In this document: positions 44,850-53,998 of the stretch, piece after piece
Layout of the letters: each line of letters begins with the position of its first letter
How positions within the stretch are numbered: the stretch's first letter is position 1
Source: Candidatus Dormiibacterota bacterium
GTDB lineage: Bacteria; Chloroflexota; Dormibacteria; Aeolococcales; Bog-877
Assembly: GCA_027306655.1 (NCBI GenBank)
Contig: DAHUZL010000143.1
Location: 10,645 to 74,644, forward strand
DNA: 64,000 bases
Direction: 5' to 3'
Notes under the pieces: generated by a model
The model's input: only the letters and a program-made list of their open reading frames with translations
Told to the model about the DNA's origin: nothing
Databases searched by the model: none
Made by a program: the position numbers and the translations under genes

Positions 44850-45946
44850 TCCGGGTCGACGTTCCGCTGGGGGCGCGCGCCTACTCGGTGTGGGTGGGGG
44901 CCGGCGCTTTCGGCCGCCTGGGGGCTCTCGTCGGTGAGCGGGGCGGCGCGTCGGGCTTCAGCGCTGCGGCCCTGGTGGCCGACGCCGGGCTGCCGGCCGC
45001 CCTGGCCGACCGAGCCCAGGACCAGCTCCGGGGGGCGGGCCTGGCGGTGGTTCGCCTGGAGCTCCGGGGCGAGCGGGCGAAGCGGCTCGCCACCGTGGAG
45101 CGGCTCTGCACCGCCTTCCGGGAGGCCGGTCTCGACCGCGAGGCGGTGGTGGTGGCGCTCGGCGGCGGGGTCGTCGGCGATGTCGCCGGCTTCGCCGCTG
45201 CCGTCTACCTGCGCGGGATCGCCTGCCTGCACTGCCCGACGACGCTGCAGGCGATGGTGGACAGCGCCATCGGCGGCAAGACCGGCGTCAACCTCGCCGC
45301 CGCCAAGAACCAGATCGGGGCGGTCCACCAGCCGGTGGCGGTCCTGTGCGATCCGGAGCTGGTGCGGAGCCTCCCCCGACGGGACCGTCGGGCGGCGTTC
45401 GGGGAGATCGTCAAGTACGGTATGGTGGGCGATCCGGCGGTGCTCGCCCGGCTCGGCGAGCTGGGCGGCGACGCCGGAGCCGCTGATCCCGCCTCCCTGG
45501 AGCCCCTGATCGCGCGCTGCTGCGCCTGCAAGGCCGAGCTGGTGGCGGGGGACGAGCACGACCAGGGGAGGCGCGCCATCCTCAACTACGGGCACACGAT
45601 CGGCCATGCGCTCGAGTCCACCCTCGGCTACGGCCGCCTCCGCCACGGGGAGGCGGTCGCCGTCGGGATGCGGGTCGCCGGCCGGCTGTCGGTCGCGGTG
45701 CGCGGCTGCCCGGCGGCCGACATCGCGGAGCAGGACCGACTCCTCGCCGACTTCGGCCTGGGCCGTCTGCCGCGGGGCGTGGCGGCGGATCCGGCGGCGA
45801 TCCTGGCCGCCACCCGGCACGACAAGAAGGTCGTCGGCGGTGAGCCTCGCTGGGTGCTGCTGGACCGGATCGGGGCCGCCCGGGGGGGTTACCGAGTCCC
45901 CGCCGAGCTGGCGGCGTCGGCGCTGGCCGGGGTGCTGGCGCCGTGA
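44846..45946 (+). CDS. aroB: 3-dehydroquinate synthase
   Basis: GGGVVGDVAGFAAAVYLRGIACLHCPTTLQAMVDSAIGGKTGVN, ...NYGHTIGHALE: AroB NAD and metal-binding motifs. GTGA overlap. Confidence 0.9.
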   Translation: MIRVDVPLGARAYSVWVGAGAFGRLGALVGERGGASGFSAAALVADAGLPAALADRAQDQLRGAGLAVVRLELRGERAKRLATVERLCTAFREAGLDREAVVVALGGGVVGDVAGFAAAVYLRGIACLHCPTTLQAMVDSAIGGKTGVNLAAAKNQIGAVHQPVAVLCDPELVRSLPRRDRRAAFGEIVKYGMVGDPAVLARLGELGGDAGAADPASLEPLIARCCACKAELVAGDEHDQGRRAILNYGHTIGHALESTLGYGRLRHGEAVAVGMRVAGRLSVAVRGCPAADIAEQDRLLADFGLGRLPRGVAADPAAILAATRHDKKVVGGEPRWVLLDRIGAARGGYRVPAELAASALAGVLAP

Positions 45947-46419
45947 CGGCCGCGAGCGGGGCCGCGGACGTCCGGCTGGTCCTCTGCCTCAACGGCCCCA
46001 ACCTCGCCAGCCTCGGCCGCCGCCAACCGGACGTCTACGGGACGCTCACCCTGGAGCAGGTGCTGGAGCGGGTGGAGCGCCGGGCGGCGGCGCTGGGGGC
46101 CGAGCTCCGCTGCGTCCAGAGCAACCACGAGGGCACCCTGATCGACGAGCTGGAGCGGGCCGACGACGCCGCCTGCGCCATCCTCAACCCGGGCGGGCTC
46201 TCCCACACCAGCTGTGCCCTCCGCGACGCGGTGGCGGCCTTCGCGCGCCCGGTGGTGGAGGTCCACCTCACCAACGTCCACGCCCGGGAACCGTTCCGTC
46301 GGCGCCTGGTCACCGCCGCCGCCGCCCGCGGCGTCATCTGCGGGCTGGGGGCGCACGGCTACGAGCTGGCGCTGGAGGCGGCCCTCCGGCTCGCCGCTGA
46401 CGCCGGGGCGCCGCCGTGA
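45943..46419 (+). CDS. aroQ: Type II 3-dehydroquinate dehydratase
   Basis: LCLNGPNLASLGRRQPDVYGTLTLEQV...QSNHEGTLIDEL...ILNPGGLSHTS: type II DHQase signature. Confidence 0.9.
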   Translation: MTAASGAADVRLVLCLNGPNLASLGRRQPDVYGTLTLEQVLERVERRAAALGAELRCVQSNHEGTLIDELERADDAACAILNPGGLSHTSCALRDAVAAFARPVVEVHLTNVHAREPFRRRLVTAAAARGVICGLGAHGYELALEAALRLAADAGAPP

Positions 46420-46976
46420 TCGACGCCGGCGACCTTCGCCCGGGCCACACCATCGAGCGCGGCGGCCAGCTGATCGAGGTGCTCACCTTCGAGCACATCA
46501 AGCTCGGGCGCGGCACCGCGGTGGTGCGCACCCGGCTGCGCAACCTCGACACCGGCTCGGTGACCGAGGAGACGTTCCGGCCCGAGGAGCGCTTCCCCCG
46601 CGCCCGGATCGAGCGCTCCCAGGTCCAGCTGCTCTACCAGGACGGCGACCACCAGGTGGTGATGGACACCACCACCTTCGACCAGTTCCCGCTCACCGCG
46701 GCCCAGATGGGCGACGCCCTCCGCTACCTGCGCGAGAGCGACCATCTCACCCTCCTGCGCCACGACGAGCGCGTTCTCGGTGTCGAGCTGCCGATCACGG
46801 TGGAACTGACCGTCACCGCCACCGACCCGGGGTTCCGGGGTGACACCGCCACCGGCACCACCAAGCCGGCGACCCTGGAGACCGGGCTGGTGGTCGACGT
46901 CCCCCTGTTCGTCAGCGTCGGCGATCGGCTCCGGATCGACACCCGCTCCGGCCGCTACCTCGAGCGGGCGCCGTGA
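46416..46976 (+). CDS. efp: Elongation factor P
   Basis: Three OB/KOW-like domains, 186 aa. GTGA overlap with aroQ. Confidence 0.9.
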   Translation: MIDAGDLRPGHTIERGGQLIEVLTFEHIKLGRGTAVVRTRLRNLDTGSVTEETFRPEERFPRARIERSQVQLLYQDGDHQVVMDTTTFDQFPLTAAQMGDALRYLRESDHLTLLRHDERVLGVELPITVELTVTATDPGFRGDTATGTTKPATLETGLVVDVPLFVSVGDRLRIDTRSGRYLERAP

Positions 46977-47017
46977 GCGCGGTCCCCGGGACCGGCGTCC
47001 CGCCCGGCTGAGTCTGG

Positions 47018-47467
47018 GTGGCCTCGCGCCGGCAGGCACGGGAGCTGGCGCTGCGGGTGCTGTTCGCCCTCGACCCGAGCGGTGCCGGGGCGGCGGCGGC
47101 GGTGGCCCGCGCGGCCGCCGAGATGGGGGTCGACGAGCGGGGCCGCCGGTTCGCGCTGGAGCTGGTCCTGGGGGTGGTGCGCGACCGGGCGGCGATCGAC
47201 GGCCGGCTGGCGGCCGCCTCCGACCACTGGGCGCTCGACCAGATGGCGCAGGTCGAGCGGACCATCCTGCGGATGGCTGCCTTCGAGATGGGCGAGGACG
47301 GTCCCACCCCGGTGCGGGTGGCGATCAACGAGGCGGTGGAGCTGGCCAAGGCCTATGGCGGGGCCGAGGCGGGCCGCTTCGTCAACGGGGTCCTCGGCCG
47401 GCTGGCCGCCCCGCTGCCGCTGCGGGGAGCCGGGGAGGTGGGCGATGAAGGTCCTCCAGGTCGGTGA
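47018..47467 (+). CDS. nusB: Transcription antitermination factor NusB
   Basis: RRQARELALRVLFALD...NEAVELAKAYGGAEAGRFVNGVLG. Confidence 0.9.
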   Translation: MASRRQARELALRVLFALDPSGAGAAAAVARAAAEMGVDERGRRFALELVLGVVRDRAAIDGRLAAASDHWALDQMAQVERTILRMAAFEMGEDGPTPVRVAINEAVELAKAYGGAEAGRFVNGVLGRLAAPLPLRGAGEVGDEGPPGR

Positions 47468-48743
47468 GCTGAGCGCCCGCCTTCGGGCGACCCTGGAGGA
47501 CGAGCCGTCGCTCCAGGACGTCTACGTCGAGGCCGAGATCGGCGACTGCAGCCGGTCCGCCGCCGGCCACTGGTACGTGACCCTCCGCGATGCCCGGCCC
47601 GGCCAGGCGGAGCGGGCGGCGGTCTCGGCGGTTCTCTTCCGGGGGGCGGCGGCCGGGCTCGCCTTCGAGCCGGCCCGGGGGCAGCGCGTGATCGCCCACG
47701 GCCAGGTCGCCCTCTACGCGCCGCGCGGGCAGCTGCAGCTGGTCCTCGACCGGCTGGAGCCGGTCGGGGTCGGTGCGCTCGCGATCGCCTTTGCCCAGCT
47801 CGTGGCCCGTCTCGAGGTCGAGGGCCTGCTCGCCGCCGAGCGCCGCCGGCCGCTCCCGTTCCTGCCTCGGCGGGTCGCGGTGGTGACCTCGACCACCGGC
47901 GCCGCGATCCGGGACGTCCTCCACGTGCTCCACCGCCGCTGCCCGATCGTGGAGGTGCTTGTGGTGCCCACCCTGGTCCAGGGCGACCTCGCCCCCGGCC
48001 AGCTGGTCCGGGCCCTGCAGCTGGCCCCCCAGCCGGGTGTGGAGGTGGTCCTGCTGGTCCGCGGCGGCGGGTCGCTGGAGGATCTCCAGGCCTTCAACCA
48101 CGAGGCGGTGGCTCGGGCGGTGGCGGCGGTGCCGGTCCCGGTGGTGGTCGGGGTGGGCCACGAGACCGACACCACCGTCTGCGACCTGGTCGCGGACCGC
48201 CGGGCGGCGACGCCCTCGGTGGCGGCGGCGCTGGTCGTCCCTGACCTCTGGCAGCTGCGCGAGGAGGTCCAGCTGCGCCGCGCCCGCTGGCGGCGGTCGG
48301 CGCTGGGCCAGGTCGGGCGCCGGCGGCTGACCCTGGAGGCCCGGGCGGCGCGGCTCGGCCGGCTCAGCCCGCTGCGGCGGCTGGTCGCGCGCCGCCAGGA
48401 CCTCGATCGCGCAGCAGTCCGGCTGGCCCGGGCGGTGGCGCGCCGGGTCACCATCGACCGGGACCGGAGCCGGTCCCGGCGCGACCGGCTCCGGCGCGAG
48501 GCGGCGCGGATCACCCGGGCCGCGCGCGAGGGGCTGGTGGCGCGGTCCGGCCGCCTCGAGGCGCTCAGCCCGGTGGCGGTGCTGGCCCGCGGGTACTCGA
48601 TGACGTGGGATGTGGGCCGCCACCGGGTGGCGCGGACGGCCGCCGAGCTCAGCCCCGGCGACCGGATCCGCACCCGGCTCGGGGCGGGTATGGTGAGCAG
48701 CACCGTGACCGGAGTGGAGCCGGAGGAGAGGGCGCATGGCTGA
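47445..48743 (+). CDS. xseA: Exodeoxyribonuclease VII large subunit
   Basis: OB-fold N-terminus (VYVEAEIGDCSRSAAGHWYVTLRD), catalytic core (VAVVTSTTGAAIRD...VRGGGSLEDLQAFN...VGHETDTTVCDLVAD), Arg-rich coiled-coil C-terminus. Overlaps nusB 3' end by 23 nt. Confidence 0.9.
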   Translation: MKVLQVGELSARLRATLEDEPSLQDVYVEAEIGDCSRSAAGHWYVTLRDARPGQAERAAVSAVLFRGAAAGLAFEPARGQRVIAHGQVALYAPRGQLQLVLDRLEPVGVGALAIAFAQLVARLEVEGLLAAERRRPLPFLPRRVAVVTSTTGAAIRDVLHVLHRRCPIVEVLVVPTLVQGDLAPGQLVRALQLAPQPGVEVVLLVRGGGSLEDLQAFNHEAVARAVAAVPVPVVVGVGHETDTTVCDLVADRRAATPSVAAALVVPDLWQLREEVQLRRARWRRSALGQVGRRRLTLEARAARLGRLSPLRRLVARRQDLDRAAVRLARAVARRVTIDRDRSRSRRDRLRREAARITRAAREGLVARSGRLEALSPVAVLARGYSMTWDVGRHRVARTAAELSPGDRIRTRLGAGMVSSTVTGVEPEERAHG

Positions 48744-49005
48744 GGCGGCACCGGCCGACGGCCTCACCTACGAGGAGGCCGCCCGCGAGCTGGACCGGCT
48801 GATCGCCCGCCTGGAGGACGACGAGGTGCCCCTGGAGGAGGCGCTCGCCGTCTACGAGCGGGGCGTCACCCTCCTGCGTCGCTCCGGCGAGCTGCTGGAC
48901 GGGGTGGAGCGCCGGGTGAAGGCCCTCGGCCTTGGCGAGGGAGACGAGCCGCGCGAGGAGCCGTTCGCCCTGGAGGAGGTCACCGGCGACGGGCCGGCGC
49001 GGTGA
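48736..49005 (+). CDS. xseB: Exodeoxyribonuclease VII small subunit
   Basis: LTYEEAARELDRLIARLEDDEVPLEEALAVYERGVTLLR: XseB helical hairpin. Confidence 0.9.
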   Translation: MAEAAPADGLTYEEAARELDRLIARLEDDEVPLEEALAVYERGVTLLRRSGELLDGVERRVKALGLGEGDEPREEPFALEEVTGDGPAR

Positions 49006-49433
49006 CCGCGCTCCTCCACAACGGCTACGTCTGGGCGCCCCTCCTGGCCTGGGCGGTGGCGCAGATCCTGAAGGTGGCGACCGAGTCCGTCCGCGTGCGC
49101 CAGCTGAGTCTGCACCCGCTCGGGAGCTCCGGGGGCATGCCCAGCTCGCACACCGCCATGACCGTCTGCCTCACCACCCGGCTGGCCCGGCTGCTCGGGA
49201 CCGGGTCGCCGGTGTTCGCGACCGCCGCGGTGCTGACGATGGTCGTCGTCTACGACGCGACCGGGGTGCGCCGGGCCGCCGGCAACCAGGCCCGGGTCCT
49301 GAACCGCGTCCTCGACGACCTGCGCCAGCATCTGGGGCTTCGCCACGAACGCGTCCTGGAGCTGCTCGGGCACACCCCGGTCGAGGTCCTGGTAGGAGCG
49401 GCCCTCGGCGTCGTGGTCGGGATGCTGGTGTGA
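49002..49433 (+). CDS. Divergent PAP2-family membrane protein (DUF212/YuiD-like)
   Basis: NGYVWAPLLAWAVAQILK...SSGGMPSSHTAM: hallmark of the acid-phosphatase/vanadium-haloperoxidase-related DUF212 family. Confidence 0.75.
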   Translation: MTALLHNGYVWAPLLAWAVAQILKVATESVRVRQLSLHPLGSSGGMPSSHTAMTVCLTTRLARLLGTGSPVFATAAVLTMVVVYDATGVRRAAGNQARVLNRVLDDLRQHLGLRHERVLELLGHTPVEVLVGAALGVVVGMLV

Positions 49434-50029
49434 CGGCGGCGGCGGAGCCCTACGTCAGCCGGGCGGGGCGCAAGCTGGCCCACGCCCTCGACGCCTTCCA
49501 GGTCGACCTCGCCGGCCGGACCGTGCTCGACGCGGGGGCGTCCACGGGCGGCTTCACCGACTGCTGCCTCCAGCGAGGCGCCGTCCAGGTCTATGCGGTC
49601 GACGTCGCCTACGGGTTCCTCGCCTGGCGGCTCCGCCAGGACCCCCGGGTGGTGGTCCTGGAGCGGACCAACCTGCGCACCCTGGCCGACCTGCCCGGGC
49701 CCGCCCCGGACTGCGCCACCCTCGACCTCTCCTTCATCGGCCTGGGGCTGGTCTGGCCGGCGGTTCTGCGGCTCCTGACCCGGCCCGCCCTCGCCCTGGT
49801 CCTCATCAAGCCGCAGTTCGAGGCCCGGCGCGACCAGGTGCCCCGGGGCGGGATCGTGCCGCCCGCGACCGGCCGGGCGGTGGCCCAGGCGGTCCTGGCG
49901 GGCCTGGCAGCGGCCGAACCCGGCACCGTCGCCCGGGGGCCGATCCCGGCCGACCCGCCGGGACGGTCGGGCACGGTCGAGTGGTCGGCGCTGCTGGAGC
50001 TGGCCGCCCCGCCGGCGGTGTCCCGGTGA
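49430..50029 (+). CDS. tlyA: TlyA-like FtsJ/RrmJ-fold RNA 2'-O-methyltransferase lacking the N-terminal S4 domain
   Basis: YVSRAGRKLAHALDAFQVDLAGRTVLDAGASTGGFTDCCLQRGA...VVVLERTNLR...VLIKPQFE...PSGNVEW-like SGTVEW: matches the TlyA catalytic domain. Only 199 aa, no S4 RNA-binding module. tlyA-nadK-recN synteny as in mycobacteria. Confidence 0.7.
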   Translation: MTAAAEPYVSRAGRKLAHALDAFQVDLAGRTVLDAGASTGGFTDCCLQRGAVQVYAVDVAYGFLAWRLRQDPRVVVLERTNLRTLADLPGPAPDCATLDLSFIGLGLVWPAVLRLLTRPALALVLIKPQFEARRDQVPRGGIVPPATGRAVAQAVLAGLAAAEPGTVARGPIPADPPGRSGTVEWSALLELAAPPAVSR

Positions 50030-50943
50030 CAGGGTCCGCGATCGGATTCCTGCTCCATCCCCGGGTGCCGCCCGACGAGCCGCTGCTGGCCGCCGCCCGG
50101 GAGCGGGCGGGCGCCCACGGCTATCGCACCTGGACGGCGCAGCAGGCGGTGGCCGCGACATTCCGCGCCGAGCGGGCGGACACGGCCCTCCTGGTGTCGG
50201 TGGGAGGGGACGGCACCCTCCTCTACGCGGCGCGGCTGGCGGCCCCCTGCGGCCTGCCCCTCCTCGGCGTCAACCGCGGCCAGCTGGGCTTCCTCACCGA
50301 CATCCAGCTGGAGCAGCTGCCGGCGGCGCTGGACGACGTCGCCGGGGGCCGCCACCGGGTGGACCACCGCCATGTGCTGGTCGCCGAGCTCGACCCGGCC
50401 GGCACCGGCCCCGGTACCCGCTGGCGCGCCCTCGCCGTCAACGAGGTGGCGGTGAAGGCGATCGGGGTCACCCTGGCGCGGCTGCGGGTCACCGCCGCCG
50501 AGGAGCTGGTGGGAGCCTTCGACGCCGATGGGCTGGTGCTCGCCACCAGCACCGGTTCGACCGCCTACTCGCTGTCCGCCGGCGGGCCGCCGGTGCACCC
50601 GGCGGTGGCCGCGATGGTCCTCACCCCGATCAATCCCCACGCCCTGGTGAGCCGCTCCGTCATCCTGCCCGACGACCGGGAGGTGCGGATCGTGGTCGAG
50701 CGCGGGCCGGTCCAGATGGCCGCCGACGGCCAGCACCCCATCGAGCTGGAGCGCGGGGCGTCGGTCCTGGTCGGCCGCGGGCCCGACCTGCTCCTGGTCC
50801 GGCCGCCCAGCGCGCCGGGCTACTTCGATCGGCTCCGCAGCACCACCCGCTTCGGGATGGTGCTCAAGACCGGGGCCGACCTCCTGGAGCCGCAGCCGCG
50901 CTGGCCGCAGCCGGTCAACCCCCTCGACCAGGCCGGGGGCTGA
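50026..50943 (+). CDS. nadK: NAD kinase
   Basis: GGDGTLLYAARL, NRGQLGFLTD, DGLVLATSTGSTAYSLSAGGP: NadK signature motifs. Confidence 0.9.
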   Translation: MTGSAIGFLLHPRVPPDEPLLAAARERAGAHGYRTWTAQQAVAATFRAERADTALLVSVGGDGTLLYAARLAAPCGLPLLGVNRGQLGFLTDIQLEQLPAALDDVAGGRHRVDHRHVLVAELDPAGTGPGTRWRALAVNEVAVKAIGVTLARLRVTAAEELVGAFDADGLVLATSTGSTAYSLSAGGPPVHPAVAAMVLTPINPHALVSRSVILPDDREVRIVVERGPVQMAADGQHPIELERGASVLVGRGPDLLLVRPPSAPGYFDRLRSTTRFGMVLKTGADLLEPQPRWPQPVNPLDQAGG

Positions 50944-50947
50944 CCGG

Positions 50948-52711
50948 GTGCTGGTGGAGCTCGGGGTGGCGGACCTGGCCGTGATCGAGCGCGCCACCCT
51001 GGAGCTCGGGCCGGGGCTCACCTGCCTCACCGGCGAGAGCGGGGCGGGCAAGTCGGTGCTGCTGCGCGCACTCGAGTGCGCCGGCGGCGGCCGTGCCGAC
51101 CCCGACCTGGTGCGCACCGGCTCGGACCGTGCCAAGGTGCGCGCGGTGTTCGATCGGGTGGGGCCGGCCATCCAGGCGGTGCTCGCCGACCACGGGGTCC
51201 CCGCCGACGAGCCGGTGGTGGTGGTTCGCGAGTTCGGCCGGGAGGGACGCCCGCTGGCACGCATCAACGGCTGCCAGGTCCCGCCGGCGCTCCTGCGCGC
51301 CGTCGCGGAGTCGGAGGTGGAGGTGGTGCAGCAGGGCGCCCCGTCGCGCTGGCTGCTCCCGAAGGCCCACCTGGACGCGGTCGACACCGTGATCGGCGAG
51401 GGCGGCCGCCAGGCGCTGTCCCGGGTCGGGGCCCTCCACCGGAGGTGGCTCCTGGCGCGGCGGGCCGCGCGCTCCGCCGCGGAGCGGCGAACGGGGCGGG
51501 CCGCGGAGCTCGAGCGTGCCCGCCACGACCTCGCCGAGCTGGAGGCGGTTCGGCCGCTCCCGGGCGAGGACCGCGTGCTCCTCCAGGAGCGCGAGCGGCT
51601 TCGCCGCGGCGCCCAGCTCCGCGAGGCGGCCACTGCGTTGCTCGCCGCCGTCGCCGGCGGCCTGGACCCCGACGGCGGGGGCCACCGCTCCGCCCGCGAC
51701 CTGGTCGCCGGCGCGGCCCGGGCGGCCCGTGCGGTCCGGGGCGTGGATCCCCAGCTGGACCAGTGCGCGGACCAGGCCGAGTCGCTGGCCGAGGAGCTGG
51801 CGGGCCTGGGGTCGGAGCTGCGGCGAGCCCTGGAGCGCCTGGAGGACGACCCCGCCCGCCTGGCGGCGGTGGAGGAGAGGCTCGCGGTCCTGGAGCGGAT
51901 CGCCCGCCGCCACGGCGGCGATCTCGTCGCGGCCACGGAGCGGTGGGCCGAGGCCGCCGAGGTGGTGGCGGGCGCGGAGACCGGTGCCCAGGAGGCATCC
52001 CGGTGGGCGGCCGAGCTGGAGCGAAGCGGGGCCGCGCTGGGCGACGCGGCGCTGGCCCTGCACCACCGGCGCCGCGCCGCCGCGGACCGTCTCGCCGCCG
52101 CGGTCGCCGCCGACCTCCGGCTGCTGCTGATGCCGGCGGCGCGGGTGACGATCACCCTCGCCACCCGACCCGACCCGGACGGCGTCCCGGGGCCGGCCGG
52201 GGAGCGGGTGGCCTGCACCGCGTCGGGGATCGACTCCGCGGTCCTGGCCCTGGCCACCGCACCCGGGGAGGACCCCCGGCCCCTGGCCGAGGTCGCCTCC
52301 GGGGGCGAGCTGGCCCGCCTGGTGCTGGTGCTGCAGGCTCACCTCGCCGCGGCGGGCGGCACCCCGACCGTGGTGTTCGACGAGGTCGACGAGGGGCTCG
52401 GGGGGGAGGCGGCGAGCCGGGTGGGCGAGCACCTCCGGCGCCTGGCCGCCCACCGGCAGGTCCTCTGCGTGACCCATCAGGCGTCGATCGCCGCCCGGGC
52501 CGACCGCCACCTCGTGGTGGAGAAGCGGCTGCGCGCCGACCGCCACCAGAGCGGGGTCCGTGAGGTCCAGGGCCGGGAGCGGGTGACCGAGCTGGCCCGG
52601 CTGCTCGCCGGCGCGGTCGCTCCGGCCGCCGGCCGCGCCCACGCCGCCGAGCTGCTGCTGCGCCTGGGCCCGCCGGTGGCCGCGGGCCCGGGCGCCGAGC
52701 GGCCGGCATGA
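50948..52711 (+). CDS. recN: DNA repair protein RecN
   Basis: Walker A GESGAGKS at N-terminus, long coiled-coil, C-terminal signature/Walker B (LVVFDEVDEGLGG; VLCVTHQASIAA). Confidence 0.9.
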   Translation: MLVELGVADLAVIERATLELGPGLTCLTGESGAGKSVLLRALECAGGGRADPDLVRTGSDRAKVRAVFDRVGPAIQAVLADHGVPADEPVVVVREFGREGRPLARINGCQVPPALLRAVAESEVEVVQQGAPSRWLLPKAHLDAVDTVIGEGGRQALSRVGALHRRWLLARRAARSAAERRTGRAAELERARHDLAELEAVRPLPGEDRVLLQERERLRRGAQLREAATALLAAVAGGLDPDGGGHRSARDLVAGAARAARAVRGVDPQLDQCADQAESLAEELAGLGSELRRALERLEDDPARLAAVEERLAVLERIARRHGGDLVAATERWAEAAEVVAGAETGAQEASRWAAELERSGAALGDAALALHHRRRAAADRLAAAVAADLRLLLMPAARVTITLATRPDPDGVPGPAGERVACTASGIDSAVLALATAPGEDPRPLAEVASGGELARLVLVLQAHLAAAGGTPTVVFDEVDEGLGGEAASRVGEHLRRLAAHRQVLCVTHQASIAARADRHLVVEKRLRADRHQSGVREVQGRERVTELARLLAGAVAPAAGRAHAAELLLRLGPPVAAGPGAERPA

Positions 52712-53403
52712 GTGAGCCGGCCCCGCCCCCGGTCCCGGCGGAGCTGGCCGCCCTGCTGGAGGGGGCCCAGCGCGGGGGGGGCGACCTCGCCTCCGTCCCC
52801 ATCGCCGAGCTGGCGCGGTCGGTGCGGCAGCGGGTCGACGGCGAGGGGTCGGTCGGGGACGACGATCTGGCGGAGCTGGTCCTGGGACTGGTCCGGCTGC
52901 TGCGGCTGAAGGCGGCCCGCGTCCTCGCCGGCGAGCCGCCGGCGTCTCCCTCCCCGTCGGCGCCGGAGCCGCCGGACGACCCCGAGGCCCGCCTCGCGGA
53001 GGCCCGGCTCTTCCGGGCGGCCGCCGACGTGCTGATCAGCGATCCCGCCGCCGGGCCACAGGCCTTCCTGCGGGTGCTGGGCGTCGTGGTGGAGCCGCGG
53101 GTCGAGCTGCGGGTGCCCCCCGAGGCGCTCGCCCGGGCTCTGCGCGCGGTGCTGGAGCGGCTGCCGGTCGCGCTCACGATGTCGGCGGTGCCGCTCACCC
53201 ACTCGGTGGCGGCCAAGGTGCGGGAGCTGCGATCGCGGCTGGCCGCCGGGGCGCCCTTGGCGTTCGCCGAGTGCTTCGAGGCGGCGCGCGACCGCCTGGA
53301 GGCGATCGCGTACTTCCTGGCGCTGCTCGAGCTCGTCGCCAGCGGCGGAGCCCGCTGCCTCCAGGATCGCCCTGGTGGTCCGATCGTGGTCGAGCGTGGC
53401 TGA
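52708..53403 (+). CDS. scpA: Segregation and condensation protein A
   Basis: Kleisin-like. C-terminal winged helix AIAYFLALLELVASGGARCLQDRPGGPIVV. Conserved recN-scpA-scpB order. Confidence 0.7.
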   Translation: MSEPAPPPVPAELAALLEGAQRGGGDLASVPIAELARSVRQRVDGEGSVGDDDLAELVLGLVRLLRLKAARVLAGEPPASPSPSAPEPPDDPEARLAEARLFRAAADVLISDPAAGPQAFLRVLGVVVEPRVELRVPPEALARALRAVLERLPVALTMSAVPLTHSVAAKVRELRSRLAAGAPLAFAECFEAARDRLEAIAYFLALLELVASGGARCLQDRPGGPIVVERG

Positions 53404-53998
53404 GGCGGTCGATTCCGACCCCGAGGCTGACCGCGGGGATGCCCCCGGGGGGCCGGCCGACCCCGCGGGCGACGAGGCGGCGCGGGCCCGGGCCCTGGAG
53501 GCGGTGCTCTTCGTGCGGGCCGAGCCCATGGGCCTGCCCGAGCTGGGCCGCATCCTGGCGGTGCCGGAGGGCGCGGTGCGGGCGGCGGCCGAGGACCTGG
53601 CCGATCGCCTGCGCGGCAGCGGCCTCATGCTCCAGGCCCACGCCGACGCCCTCCAGCTCGCCACCCGGCCCGAGGTGGCGGCGGTGGTGGAGCGCGCCCT
53701 CCATCCCGAGCTCCCCGGCCGCCTCTCCCGAGCCGCCATCGAGACCCTCGCCATCATCGCCTACCGCCAGCCGGTCGCCCGAGCGGCCCTGGAGGGGATC
53801 CGGGGGGTGAACTGCGATGCGGTCCTGAGCAGCCTGGAGCGGCGCGGACTGGTGGAGGAGGTGGGGCGCGACCCCGGTCCGGGCCGGGCGCGGCTGTTCG
53901 GGACCACCCTCCGCTTCCTCCAGGTGGTGGGCCTGGAGCGGATCGAGCACCTGCCCCCGCTCGCCGATCCTCGCCCGCCCCCCGGGGATGGAGGCTAG
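53375..53998 (+). CDS. scpB: Segregation and condensation protein B
   Basis: LEAVLFVRAEPMGLPELGRILAVPEGAV...TLAIIAYRQPVARAALEGIRGVNCDAVLSSLERRGLVEE: tandem winged-helix ScpB. Alternative GTG start 53396. Confidence 0.8.
   Translation: MVRSWSSVAEAVDSDPEADRGDAPGGPADPAGDEAARARALEAVLFVRAEPMGLPELGRILAVPEGAVRAAAEDLADRLRGSGLMLQAHADALQLATRPEVAAVVERALHPELPGRLSRAAIETLAIIAYRQPVARAALEGIRGVNCDAVLSSLERRGLVEEVGRDPGPGRARLFGTTLRFLQVVGLERIEHLPPLADPRPPPGDGG

Noticed and set aside
49609-52257. 882-aa minus-strand ORF antisense to nadK/recN, and similar long antisense ORFs (28343-31081, 31709-33988, 35315-37885, 55483-57786, 37327-39129)
   Set aside because: All lie opposite well-supported housekeeping genes and translate to Arg/Ala/Pro/Gly-rich low-complexity sequence. 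Treated as non-coding shadows.
53396-53398. GTG 53396 as scpB start instead of ATG 53375
   Set aside because: Both are in frame and plausible. ATG 53375 was kept because it gives an N-terminal extension similar in length to other actinobacterial ScpB proteins, but this is not resolvable from sequence alone.
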